Assembly: GCA_937906725.1 (NCBI GenBank)
Contig: CALCXE010000314.1
Coordinates: 16,785-80,784 of the forward strand
Direction of reading: 5' to 3'
Source of the DNA: Methanosarcina barkeri
GTDB taxonomy: Archaea; Halobacteriota; Methanosarcinia; Methanosarcinales; Methanosarcinaceae
DNA: 64,000 nt
Shown: positions 22,592-32,144 of the stretch, one piece after another
How the letters are laid out: every line of letters begins with the position of its first letter
How positions within the stretch are numbered: the stretch's first letter is position 1
Made by a program: the position numbers and the translations under genes
The notes under the pieces: model-generated
Told to the model about the DNA's origin: nothing
Seen by the model: only the letters and a program-made list of their open reading frames with translations
The model's database searches: none

Positions 22592-24178
22592 TTATTTACT
22601 TTGGGAGTATATTCCCGGCCTTGTGTTTGTTGTCACCTTTATGAAATTTGTCTTCATTACAGTACTGCTGCCTGCCAAATTGCTTACCGTAAGTGTGACT
22701 TTATAGTTTCCTTCCTGTAAATATCGGTGTTTCGGATTCTTTTCTGTCGAAATTTTTCCGTCTCCAAAACTCCATTTCCACTTAGTTGCTATTCCTGTAC
22801 TTTTATCATTAAAATCGACAGTTAATGGGGATTTTCCTGAGGTAGGTTTTGCAGAGAAGTTTGCAACCGGTTTTGTTACCACTTTTATATAATCTGTTTT
22901 TGTTGCTGTGTTACTACCTTTAGCATTTGTTGCTGTAAGTTTAACAGTATAACTTCCTACTTTGGAATACTTATGAGTTGGGTTCTGTTTGGTTGAAGTT
23001 GTTCCGTCTCCAAAATTCCATTTCCATTTTGTTGGCGAGCCTGCACTTTCGTCGGTAAATTTCACAATCAATGGTGCTTTTCCTGAGGTTGGATATGCCG
23101 AAAAAGCAGCGACCGGAGATATTGAATCAAGAGTTATCAGATAAATGTCTGGATTTGAATATGGGTCTTGGTATGGGTTATTCACAAAATTTCGATAATC
23201 TGTCCAAGTTATCTTATTCTGAAACATAGAGACCTTACCCTTCGGTGATCCGTTGTCTGTGAGCTGAATCTTTTTGGAAGTGGAGAGATTGTACATATAG
23301 AGATCGTACATCTGGCAATCCCCAGCTTCGGGAGGACATCCTTCCCCCCATACTATTTTATCACCATAGATAGCAGTAGATCCCATATCCCCATAGACGC
23401 TAATTATAGTTTCATTGTGAGTAGATAGGTCATACACTGAGATATTCTGACGATCATCCCAGATTATCCTATTACCATAGATTTTAGGATAGCGGGCTGC
23501 TCCACTTGTTGTAATCTGGGTTTGCTTTTTAGTGGATAAATCGTACATGTAGATATCACCGCGTAGAAAATACTCGTCATTGCTATCGTCCATCCATACT
23601 ATCTTGCTACCATAAATTATAGGATAACATGAATCTGCTGTATTAGTGGTTATCTGAGTTTCTTTTTTAGTAGAAAGATTGTACATGTAGATATCACTAT
23701 TAGTCTGACTTCCATTATCATTGCGCCAATCTTGCCACACTATCCTGTTACCGTAGATTGCAGGATAGTACTGATCTGATGTATTGGTGGTAATCTGAGT
23801 TTCTTTGAAATTGGATAAATCGTACATATAGATATCCCAGTTTCCATTACGATCGTCCTCATACACGATTTTGTCATCGTAGATGGCTGGATAGCACTGG
23901 TTTGATTCATTATTAGTGATTTGAGATTCTTTGTGAGTGGAGAGACTGTACATGTAGATACTCGTAGAATCTTCATTGCGATAGTCTTCCCACACTATCT
24001 TCTCACCATAAACTGCCGAATGAATTGCTGATTCACTGGTGGTTATTCGAGTCTCAATGATCTTGAGCTGAGCATTCTGTTCAGTAGTTGCAGATGCTAT
24101 GGATGAAACAATTATTAAAAGTAAAATCATAAACGTTGAAACTAGGGCTACTGAACACAATTTCTGTTTGTTCCCCAT
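22592..24178 (-). CDS. Surface protein: TolB-like (Methanosarcina-type) beta-propeller plus 2 PKD domains
   Basis: Repeats of the form PAIYGNRIVWQD...DIYMYDLSTKKETQIT; PKD repeats; TNTRPGIYS tail. Confidence 0.9.
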   Translation of the reverse strand: MGNKQKLCSVALVSTFMILLLIIVSSIASATTEQNAQLKIIETRITTSESAIHSAVYGEKIVWEDYRNEDSTSIYMYSLSTHKESQITNNESNQCYPAIYDDKIVYEDDRNGNWDIYMYDLSNFKETQITTNTSDQYYPAIYGNRIVWQDWRNDNGSQTNSDIYMYNLSTKKETQITTNTADSCYPIIYGSKIVWMDDSNDEYFLRGDIYMYDLSTKKQTQITTSGAARYPKIYGNRIIWDDRQNISVYDLSTHNETIISVYGDMGSTAIYGDKIVWGEGCPPEAGDCQMYDLYMYNLSTSKKIQLTDNGSPKGKVSMFQNKITWTDYRNFVNNPYQDPYSNPDIYLITLDSISPVAAFSAYPTSGKAPLIVKFTDESAGSPTKWKWNFGDGTTSTKQNPTHKYSKVGSYTVKLTATNAKGSNTATKTDYIKVVTKPVANFSAKPTSGKSPLTVDFNDKSTGIATKWKWSFGDGKISTEKNPKHRYLQEGNYKVTLTVSNLAGSSTVMKTNFIKVTTNTRPGIYSQSK

Positions 24179-24549
24179 TTCTATTCCTCCAATTTTATTT
24201 AGAATGCCTAGTCTAAAATACTGGATACGCTCCTAAATTTTTAGTATTTCATTTAAATATCGGACTCATAAATTCTCTAATGAGAAAATTTTCATTTACA
24301 GGGAGCTGGATCAATTAATCCGTTTAAAAATTCCCAAGGGTTTTCGGCAAAAAAAGCAAAAACGGAAAACTTAGTTTTCTTTAGGGCAGACAATTTTTAT
24401 TAATAAACAACTGACTATAAACATTAACTGCCTAATATATGATACTTATTATGAGTAATCAATCTATATAATTTTCAAGGAAGGTATGTCTAGATAATGT
24501 AAAAAAACTGCGTACTGTGTTCAGCAGGCATAAAAAGATACAAAAATAA

Positions 24550-24750
24550 AAGTAAAAGTGAATTAAAGAGAGAGGAATAAAAGTGAATTAAAGAAAGAAG
24601 AATAAAAGTGAATTAAAGAAAGAAGAATAAAAGCGAATCAAAGAAAGAAGAATAAAAGTGAATTAAAGAAAGAAGAATAAAAATGAATCAAAGAAAGAAG
24701 AATAAAAATGAATCAAAAAAAGAGGAATAAAAGTGAATCAAAGAAAGAGG
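24550..24750. repeat. 25-nt tandem repeat (GAATAAAAGTGAATTAAAGAAAGAA), about 8 copies
   Basis: Head-to-tail units without spacers. Confidence 0.9.
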
Positions 24751-24759
24751 AAACAATTT

Positions 24760-24865
24760 TATGTCCACGTTCTTCCAGATGGTTATTTGTGGGCAAAATA
24801 AGCCACAACTTTTTCTCTCTTCTTCCGTTGTTCTGCAAAAACTGAAGATGTTCGAACTATACAGC
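24760..24865 (-). pseudogene. Degenerate copy of the gltX 3' end and its downstream flank
   Basis: tgtccacgttcttccaga..ttatttgtgggcaaaataagccacaactt matches 34551-34600. It encodes ...KVVAYFAHK* like the GltX C-terminus, with stops and frameshifts upstream. Confidence 0.85.
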
Positions 24866-24948
24866 TCGAACTATACAATTCGGTACTTTATGTTGCACCT
24901 TTATGTTGCAGAACTCTTAATTTGCAACGTCTCATCGCGTTTGTTGAA

Positions 24949-25917
24949 TTAGTTGTCAAGAGAGCCGTATCCGTACCCTTTTGCTACCCAATTCTCAACA
25001 CTGTGATCTGACGGTCCTAATATGTTTGAACCTGATCCTACTGCAACGTAAGGTGACACATTCCACATAACGTTATCATGAACACTAATAGACCCGCTTG
25101 CGTGGATATTTCCAACGCCTGCACTACTGCTTGAGCCTTTGAAGTCATGCATTATATTGTGATGGACATTTGCGTTTGTCAGTGAATTTTCCAGTTCAAC
25201 GCAGCACCAGCCAGATCCGGCACTACCTGAGAAGGTATTGTGATCCACTTCAATATTTGCGCAGTTGTCTATCCTTACACCTGTGTTGGTTTGAACCTCA
25301 ACATCACAGTTATACATCCTGGAATTCTTAGTACCTGATAAGAAAGACACACCGTCGTGTCCTACGGAATGCATTTTGCAATTGTATACTTCTATTCCAG
25401 AACTTTTACTGATTCTTACACCGTCGCCATACAGATAACGAGTGAATAAAATATCATGTACTTTACTATCACTCGAAGACCTGAACTGTATACAGTTTCT
25501 ATAATCTCCGTGGCCTCCATCACCTGGTCCGGTTGCTGTACTTTTGAACTGAAGGTCACATACTTCAACGTTGGAGACACCTGACCCGAATATATATGCA
25601 GATGCTCCTGCAGAGTTACAAACTGAACCGGTGGCAAAGATTATTGTATCGTCGCCTGCCCCTTTCAGTACCACGTTAGATTTCAAAACTATAGGTGCAC
25701 TTATCTTGTAAGTGCCAGCACCGAGGATAACGTATCCCGGGTTACCTGATGTTGCTTCCGATGCTACGGAATTTATTGCATTATTAATTGCAGTCTGGGC
25801 ATCTGATCCAGATGTCGGATTTACAGTTATTGTATTCTGTGCGCCTAACGCAGCTGGTACGGTTGTTAAAATAAGGCATGTTACTAGGAGTAAGTTTCCT
25901 ATCTGTCTTTTTAGCAT
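24949..25917 (-). CDS. Secreted right-handed parallel beta-helix (pectin-lyase-fold) protein
   Basis: Signal peptide, AINNAI...LGAGTY...LKSNVVLKGAG motif and beta-helix repeats; AGGTGA RBS. Confidence 0.88.
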   Translation of the reverse strand: MLKRQIGNLLLVTCLILTTVPAALGAQNTITVNPTSGSDAQTAINNAINSVASEATSGNPGYVILGAGTYKISAPIVLKSNVVLKGAGDDTIIFATGSVCNSAGASAYIFGSGVSNVEVCDLQFKSTATGPGDGGHGDYRNCIQFRSSSDSKVHDILFTRYLYGDGVRISKSSGIEVYNCKMHSVGHDGVSFLSGTKNSRMYNCDVEVQTNTGVRIDNCANIEVDHNTFSGSAGSGWCCVELENSLTNANVHHNIMHDFKGSSSSAGVGNIHASGSISVHDNVMWNVSPYVAVGSGSNILGPSDHSVENWVAKGYGYGSLDN

Positions 25918-25970
25918 CGTATCACCTTTGGGTTGGTTTGGAACTTGAGTGGACTCAAAATTCCATAGGG

Positions 25971-26057
25971 TTAGAGCCTATTCTTCCCAAAAGCACATAC
26001 GGCCGTTAAACTAAGACATGGTATCAGGAATAGGGTTTCCTGCTTTATTTTTAGCAT
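25971..26057 (-). CDS. Putative 28-aa upstream ORF, paralog of the downstream gene's signal peptide (MLKIKQETLFLIPCLSLTAVCAFGKNRL)
   Basis: Same aggtgatacgATG start context as the downstream gene; intact frame ending in TAA. Confidence 0.5.
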   Translation of the reverse strand: MLKIKQETLFLIPCLSLTAVCAFGKNRL

Positions 26058-26114
26058 CGTATCACCTTTGGGTTGGATTTGGAATCTGCGTAAACTCAAA
26101 AATCTATAAGATAG

Positions 26115-26195
26115 TTATATATCTCCAACAGTTGATACGGTTGTTAAAATAAGACATGGTGTCAGGAATAGGGTTCCTATCTGTCTTTTCAGCAT
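26115..26195 (-). CDS. Putative 26-aa upstream ORF, paralog of the signal peptide (MLKRQIGTLFLTPCLILTTVSTVGDI)
   Basis: gaggcgatgcgATG start context; intact frame; matches MLKRQIGNLLLVTCLILTTV. Confidence 0.5.
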   Translation of the reverse strand: MLKRQIGTLFLTPCLILTTVSTVGDI

Positions 26196-27070
26196 CGCAT
26201 CGCCTCTAGGTTGGAATTCGAATTTGAGCAAACTCAAAAACTCCAGGATAATCGCATACTCTTTCCCAGATATTTCTCAAAATTCCATATTACGTACTCG
26301 TAATGTTTTTCCGAACTATCTAATTAGACCGAGTATATCAATATCTAATTATGCCGGGTCTATACGGTAATTCAAAGATTCTTATCACGTCTGCGTAATA
26401 TTTTTGAATCTATCTAATTCAGTTCTCTGCGATCTATGTGGGGCGGACACGTTGCACACAGAGTCTCACTCTCCAATCACATTATAGGGATTAGTCATTG
26501 GAGGTGGGGCCGGATATTAGAAGTTTTGGCTTCTATCACTCAAAACCTGTTACTGACCACCATAGGATGTTATTCCTTCTGGTCAATAATTACTTTTTTT
26601 ACTAATACGGCCTCTAGCCGGGTCAACTTTTCTGAAAGGTTTTTCACTTTCTGTTGTTTAACTGTTGAGTTGACATCTAGGTTTATACAGGTTATATTAT
26701 AAAATATTTTTGTATTTTTCAAAAAAAATTTTGGAAAATATACAATGTATAATACTATGAGTTTATTGGAGAATGACTGAGTCTAATTGAATCCGCATTC
26801 CAATGATTTACATGAAAGTATCTGATTGAAGCGAATCAGTGTAGAAACACAAGTATTTCGGCACAAAACCGTGAGACGAAAACATTAAGAATCTCACATT
26901 AGCTAAAAAAGTTAAGAAACTAGATTTTGGGAGCCAGTTATTGAAACATTGAGAGTATGAGGATGGCTTTCAATTATTGTAAAATAAGGTCAAAGGGCGT
27001 GTTTATCATATATTATCAATGATACTCACTGCCCTTTCTCCTTGATCTTTTTCTTTTTCCAATTTAGTTA

Positions 27071-27225
27071 TTATTTACTTTTGGAGTATATTTCCGGCCT
27101 TGTGTTTGTTGTCACCTTTATGAAGTTTGTCTTCGTTACAGTAGTACTGCTGTCTTCCACATTACTTACTGTAAATTTAATCTTATAGAACCCCAGGAGG
27201 TTTACAACCGTTTTCGAAATTGCAG
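27071..27225 (-). pseudogene. Orphaned PKD fragment with KVTTNTRPEIYSKSK tail
   Basis: Lies out of frame directly after the stop of 27226..29013 and matches the tails of neighbouring paralogs. Confidence 0.75.
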
Positions 27226-29013
27226 TCACTTTGCCACTTTTATATAATTCCATTTTGTTTTTGTACTACTTCCTGCTGCATTTGTTGCTGTAAGTTTAAC
27301 TGTATAAGTTCCTGCTGCTGAATATGTGTGTGTAGGACTCTTTTCTGTTGAAGTTTTTCCATCCCCGAAATCCCATTTCCACGCAGTTGGCAAGCCTTTG
27401 CTTGTCTCCGTAAATGTTACCTTTAGTGGAGCTTTCTCTGAGAGTGGCCAGCCCCAGAAATCTGCAGTCGGAGCTTGTGAAGTTGCTGTTACGGTTATAT
27501 AATTTGATTTTGTAACCGTGTTGCTGCCTGCCGCATTGGTTACTGTGAGGGTTACTGTATATTTTCCGGCTTTGGAATACTTATGGGTTGGGTTTTGCTT
27601 GGTTAAAGTTGTTCCGTCTCCAAAATCCCATTTCCATTTCGTGGGTGTTCCGGTACTTTTGTCAATAAATTTAACATTTAATGGAACTTTTCCTGATGTT
27701 GGAGATGCAGAGAGTGCAGCGACTGGTTTTGCTATTACTTTTATGTAATCTGCTTTTGTTACTGTGTTGCTGCCTGCAGCATTTGTTACTGTGAGGGTTA
27801 CTGTATATTTCCCTGCTTTGGAATACTTATGTGTTGGATTCTGCTTGGTTGAAGTTGTTCCATCTCCAAAATCCCATTTCCATTTCTTTGGTGTTCCTGT
27901 ACTTGTGTCAGTAAACTGCACTTTTATTGGGGCTCTTCCTGAGGTTGAAGATGCCGAAAAGTCGGCAACAGGGAGGTTTGGTTCTGGTTCTTTGCTTGAA
28001 ATAGTGCTCATGTAAATATCGGACTTTCCATTATAATTATCGGTATATACTACTCTGTTACCATAGATAGCAGGATCACTTTCACTTCCACGGCTGGTAA
28101 TCTTAAATTTCTGATTAGTGGAAAGATCGCACATGTAGATACCATGATACTCTCCTCCATCATCTTTCCCACCAATATCCTTCCACAATATCCTGTTACC
28201 ATAGATATCAGGAGATACCTGGTTATCTGGGCTGCTGGTTATCTGAGTTTCCTTCTTAGTAGAAAGGTCATACATATAGATATCATAGTTTCCTCTGCGG
28301 TCATCGGGGTATACTATTCTGTTACCATAAATGGCAGGGTAGTCTGCTGATCCACTAGTGGTTATCTGAGTTTCCTTTTTAGTAGAGATATCATACATAT
28401 AAATATCAGAACCAGGCCCTTTGCGAGGGTGGGAAACGAAATATACTATTCTGTTACCGTAGATAGCAGGATACAATGCATCGTGGGTGATCAAAGTTTC
28501 CTCTTTAGTAGAAAGGTCATACATGGAAACACCCCAATCCTCATCGTAAAGATCTTGCCACACAATCTTGTCGCCATAAATATCAGGTTGCCCCTCTGCT
28601 ACTAATTCCTCAAGGTGGGCGGAAATTTGAGTCTCCTTTTTAGTAGAAAGATCGTACATATGTATATCAGATAAGTCCCAAGAGGGAAGCATGTGGCTAT
28701 CGTCTTCCCACACTATTTTAGCACCATAGATACATGGACAATTTGCAGATCCATTGGTGGGAATCTTAATTTCCTCTTTGGTAGAGATATTGTACATGTA
28801 GACATCGTTGTTTCTATTGCGATAGTCGACCCATGCTATTATATCATTATATATATCTGGATCATTAGCCGATCCACTGGTGGTTATTCGGGTTTCAGTA
28901 ATTGTAGGCAAAACACTTTCCGCTGTATCTGCTGATGCCGTAGACAAAAATAAACACAAAACAAAGGCTACTGAAATTAAGCTTATGGTACAAAAGGTCA
29001 CTGGTTTATTCAT
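27226..29013 (-). CDS. Surface protein: TolB-like beta-propeller plus 3 PKD domains
   Basis: Signal peptide, IYGNRIV/DIYMYD repeats, PKD repeats. Confidence 0.9.
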   Translation of the reverse strand: MNKPVTFCTISLISVAFVLCLFLSTASADTAESVLPTITETRITTSGSANDPDIYNDIIAWVDYRNRNNDVYMYNISTKEEIKIPTNGSANCPCIYGAKIVWEDDSHMLPSWDLSDIHMYDLSTKKETQISAHLEELVAEGQPDIYGDKIVWQDLYDEDWGVSMYDLSTKEETLITHDALYPAIYGNRIVYFVSHPRKGPGSDIYMYDISTKKETQITTSGSADYPAIYGNRIVYPDDRRGNYDIYMYDLSTKKETQITSSPDNQVSPDIYGNRILWKDIGGKDDGGEYHGIYMCDLSTNQKFKITSRGSESDPAIYGNRVVYTDNYNGKSDIYMSTISSKEPEPNLPVADFSASSTSGRAPIKVQFTDTSTGTPKKWKWDFGDGTTSTKQNPTHKYSKAGKYTVTLTVTNAAGSNTVTKADYIKVIAKPVAALSASPTSGKVPLNVKFIDKSTGTPTKWKWDFGDGTTLTKQNPTHKYSKAGKYTVTLTVTNAAGSNTVTKSNYITVTATSQAPTADFWGWPLSEKAPLKVTFTETSKGLPTAWKWDFGDGKTSTEKSPTHTYSAAGTYTVKLTATNAAGSSTKTKWNYIKVAK

Positions 29014-29287
29014 ATTATCATCTCTAACGTTATATTTGAAAATTTTAATTCAATTAGTAAAAATTTAAAGATTATACTTTAATTTTTTCTTTTACATCTC
29101 ATATTTTATAAAGTTGGGTTTTTAGATCATTTATAAAAAAAAATAAACTTATATAACAACATCTATTTACAAATGCTCTAGATATATTATTGAATCTAAA
29201 ATAAGAATATAAATATCCACAAAAGTTCAAAAAAGAATGTTAATTAATTAGATTTTTGTGAAGTTAAATATTCACTAGAAAGACATT

Positions 29288-29396
29288 CTAGTACTTTGAT
29301 TCCGAAACAAATTCATAAAACTTGGCTTTTGAATAGAAACTGGGATCATGGATTTTTCCAGGAAATAAATAATCTATTTTGGAATCGAAGCACTAG
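29288..29396. mobile_element. MITE-like element (~109 bp)
   Basis: Imperfect terminal inverted repeats CTAGTACTTTGATTCCGAAA / TTTTGGAATCGAAGCACTAG with CTAG at both ends. A related end occurs at about 36640. Confidence 0.6.
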
Positions 29397-29610
29397 AATA
29401 TTTCAGGCTAACCTGAGTAATTCTTTTAGCGAGATTCGATTAATAAGTCCCCACTCCTCTCTACCTTTGGACATTTTTATCTACTTTTGAATCTCAATCT
29501 CATTTTTAAATACTGTGACATCCATAAATGACTTTTGTATTACTGCATTTCGCATTTTTACCTGGGACTGAAGAACCCCAGGAGGTTTACAACCGTTTTC
29601 GAAATTGCAG

Positions 29611-31614
29611 TCACTTTGCCACTTTTATATAATTCCATTTTGTTTTTGTACTACTTCCTGCTGCATTTATTGCTGTGAGTTTAACAGTATAAGTTCCTGC
29701 AGCTGAATATGTGTGTGTTGGACTCTTTTCTGTTGAATATTTACCATCTCCGAAATCCCATTTCCATGAACTTGGCAAGCCTTTGCTTGTCTCCGTAAAT
29801 GTTACCTTTAGCGGAGCTTTTCCTGATAATGGCCAGCCCCAGAAATCTGCAGTCGGAGCTTGTGAAGTTGCTGTTACGGTTATATAATTTGATTTTGTTG
29901 CTGTGTTGATGCCTGCCGCATTTGTTACTGTGAGGGCTACTGTGTATTTTCCTGCTTTGGAGTACTTATGCGTTGGATTCTGCTTGGTTGAACTTGTTCC
30001 GTCTCCAAAATCCCATTTCCATTTCGTTGGTGATCCGGTACTTTTGTCAGTAAATTTAACGTCTAACGGAGATTTTCCTGAGGTTGGAGATGCAGAAAAT
30101 GCAGCAACGGGTTTTGATATCACGGTTATATACTTTGATTTTGTTGCTGTGTTAATGCCTGCCGCATTGGTTACTGTAAGTTTAACAGTATAAACTCCTG
30201 CTTTTGAATACTTATGAGTTGGATTCTGAAGGAATGACTTTGATCCATCTCCAAAATCCCATTTCCATTTCGTGGGTGTTCCTGTGCTTGTGTCGGTAAA
30301 TTTAACATTTAATGGAGCTCTTCCTGAAGTAGGAGATACAGAGAATGCAGCAACTGGTTTTGTTACAACTTTTATATAATCTGCTTTTGTTGCTGTGTTG
30401 CTGCCTGCAGCATTTGTTACTGTAAGTTTAACAGTATATTTTCCTGCTTTGGAGTATTTGTGCGTTGGATTCTGGGATGTTGAAGTTGTTCCGTCTCCAA
30501 AATCCCATTTCCATTTCTTTGGTGTTCCTATACTTGTGTCAGTAAATTTAACGTTTAATGGTGCTTTCCCAGAAGTTGGAGATGCAGAGAAGGCAGCTAC
30601 CGGAAGGCTTGAACCGAGGGTAGCCATGTAAATATCTGGACCTTCATTTCTCCAGTCCATCCATACTATTTTGTTACCATAAATATCAGGCTCTTTCGCT
30701 GTTTGACTGGTGGATATCTTTTTTCTCTCGGAAGTGGAGAGATTATACATATAGATATCAGGGAAACCATCGCCAGTCATAGCAAGAGAATATACAATAT
30801 CGTCACCGTAGATTTTAGGGTTGCCTATTTCATCAGTGGATTTAAGGATTATATTTTGCTTTTTAGTAGAGAGATCCATTACATAAATACCGTAAATGTA
30901 ATCATCATCAGTAGTGGCACCTACCCACACTACCCTGTTCCCGTAAATTGTAGGTGAGTAATGGCCACCAATGATGAATTTTGTTGTTGATATTTTAGTC
31001 TCCTTCTTATTGGAAAGATCGTACATGTAGATATCAGGGTGACGATAATCTCCATCGCGTTCGTCCTGCCACACTATTCTATTATCGTATATAGCAGGAT
31101 AAAATGCTTTACCGCTGGTAGTAATCTGAGTTTCTTTTTTAGTAGATAGATCATACATGTAGATATTCGAAATTCCATTACTTTCGTCCTGCCATACTAT
31201 TCTATTGCCGTAGATTGCAGGATTATGTGCTTCTCCACTTTTAGAGATACGAGTTTGTATTTTTGCAGAGAGATCTTCCACGTAAATGTCATGACCTCCG
31301 TTGCGCTCATCTTCCCAAACTACCAGATTTTTATAAATAGCGGGAACTGTCTGATTTGTTAAATTGGTAGTGTGGATTTCTGTTTTAGCGGCGAGATCAA
31401 ATATATATATATCCCAGTTTCCATTACGGTTGTCCTGCCACACTATCTTGTCACCATAGATATCTGGACTGGATGCCGTTCCATGGTTGGTTATCCGAGT
31501 TTCAGTGATTGCAGATAAAGAAGCTGCTGATGCCGCAGATGAAACGAAAATTAAACATAAAATCAGAACTGCTGATGCTAAGGCCAGTGAATACGATTTT
31601 TTGTTAAGTTTCAA
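29611..31614 (-). CDS. Surface protein: TolB-like beta-propeller plus 4 PKD domains
   Basis: TTG start after GGAG; propeller repeats; PKD repeats. Confidence 0.9.
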   Translation of the reverse strand: MKLNKKSYSLALASAVLILCLIFVSSAASAASLSAITETRITNHGTASSPDIYGDKIVWQDNRNGNWDIYIFDLAAKTEIHTTNLTNQTVPAIYKNLVVWEDERNGGHDIYVEDLSAKIQTRISKSGEAHNPAIYGNRIVWQDESNGISNIYMYDLSTKKETQITTSGKAFYPAIYDNRIVWQDERDGDYRHPDIYMYDLSNKKETKISTTKFIIGGHYSPTIYGNRVVWVGATTDDDYIYGIYVMDLSTKKQNIILKSTDEIGNPKIYGDDIVYSLAMTGDGFPDIYMYNLSTSERKKISTSQTAKEPDIYGNKIVWMDWRNEGPDIYMATLGSSLPVAAFSASPTSGKAPLNVKFTDTSIGTPKKWKWDFGDGTTSTSQNPTHKYSKAGKYTVKLTVTNAAGSNTATKADYIKVVTKPVAAFSVSPTSGRAPLNVKFTDTSTGTPTKWKWDFGDGSKSFLQNPTHKYSKAGVYTVKLTVTNAAGINTATKSKYITVISKPVAAFSASPTSGKSPLDVKFTDKSTGSPTKWKWDFGDGTSSTKQNPTHKYSKAGKYTVALTVTNAAGINTATKSNYITVTATSQAPTADFWGWPLSGKAPLKVTFTETSKGLPSSWKWDFGDGKYSTEKSPTHTYSAAGTYTVKLTAINAAGSSTKTKWNYIKVAK

Positions 31615-32144
31615 TTATCCTACTCCTTAATCTTTAATTTATTTTTCATATAAAAAATGTTAATAATTTAGAGATATATACATTTTTAAACTTTGTTATT
31701 CAAATCAAAAATTTAAGAAAATGTGTAATTTTCGAAAATTTGTTTTGAGAAGAAGAATCAGTTTACAGCAAATCCGTACATAAATGGCAAAATTTTTCGG
31801 TATAAAAAGATAAAAGAAAAACTTTTGAGAATTTCAAATGAGCTTTAAAAGAGTCAAGAAATTCGATAGGAAGCGCTACTGAAAATCACAAAATTAAAAT
31901 CTCTCTAAATAATGACCAAAAAGCCGGACGAGCTCATTTTTAAATATCAAATCAACAACTTACAGACACTTTCAGATAAAAAATAAGGAACAATGAAAAA
32001 AATGAATAAAAAGAGTGAGCAAAAGAAAAGAGAACAGTTCCTATTTACTTCCGGAGTAGATTCTCAGTCTTGTGTTTGTTGTCATCTTTATGAAGTTGTA
32101 ATCTTATAGAACCAGGAGGTTTACAACCGTTTTCAAAGTTGAAG

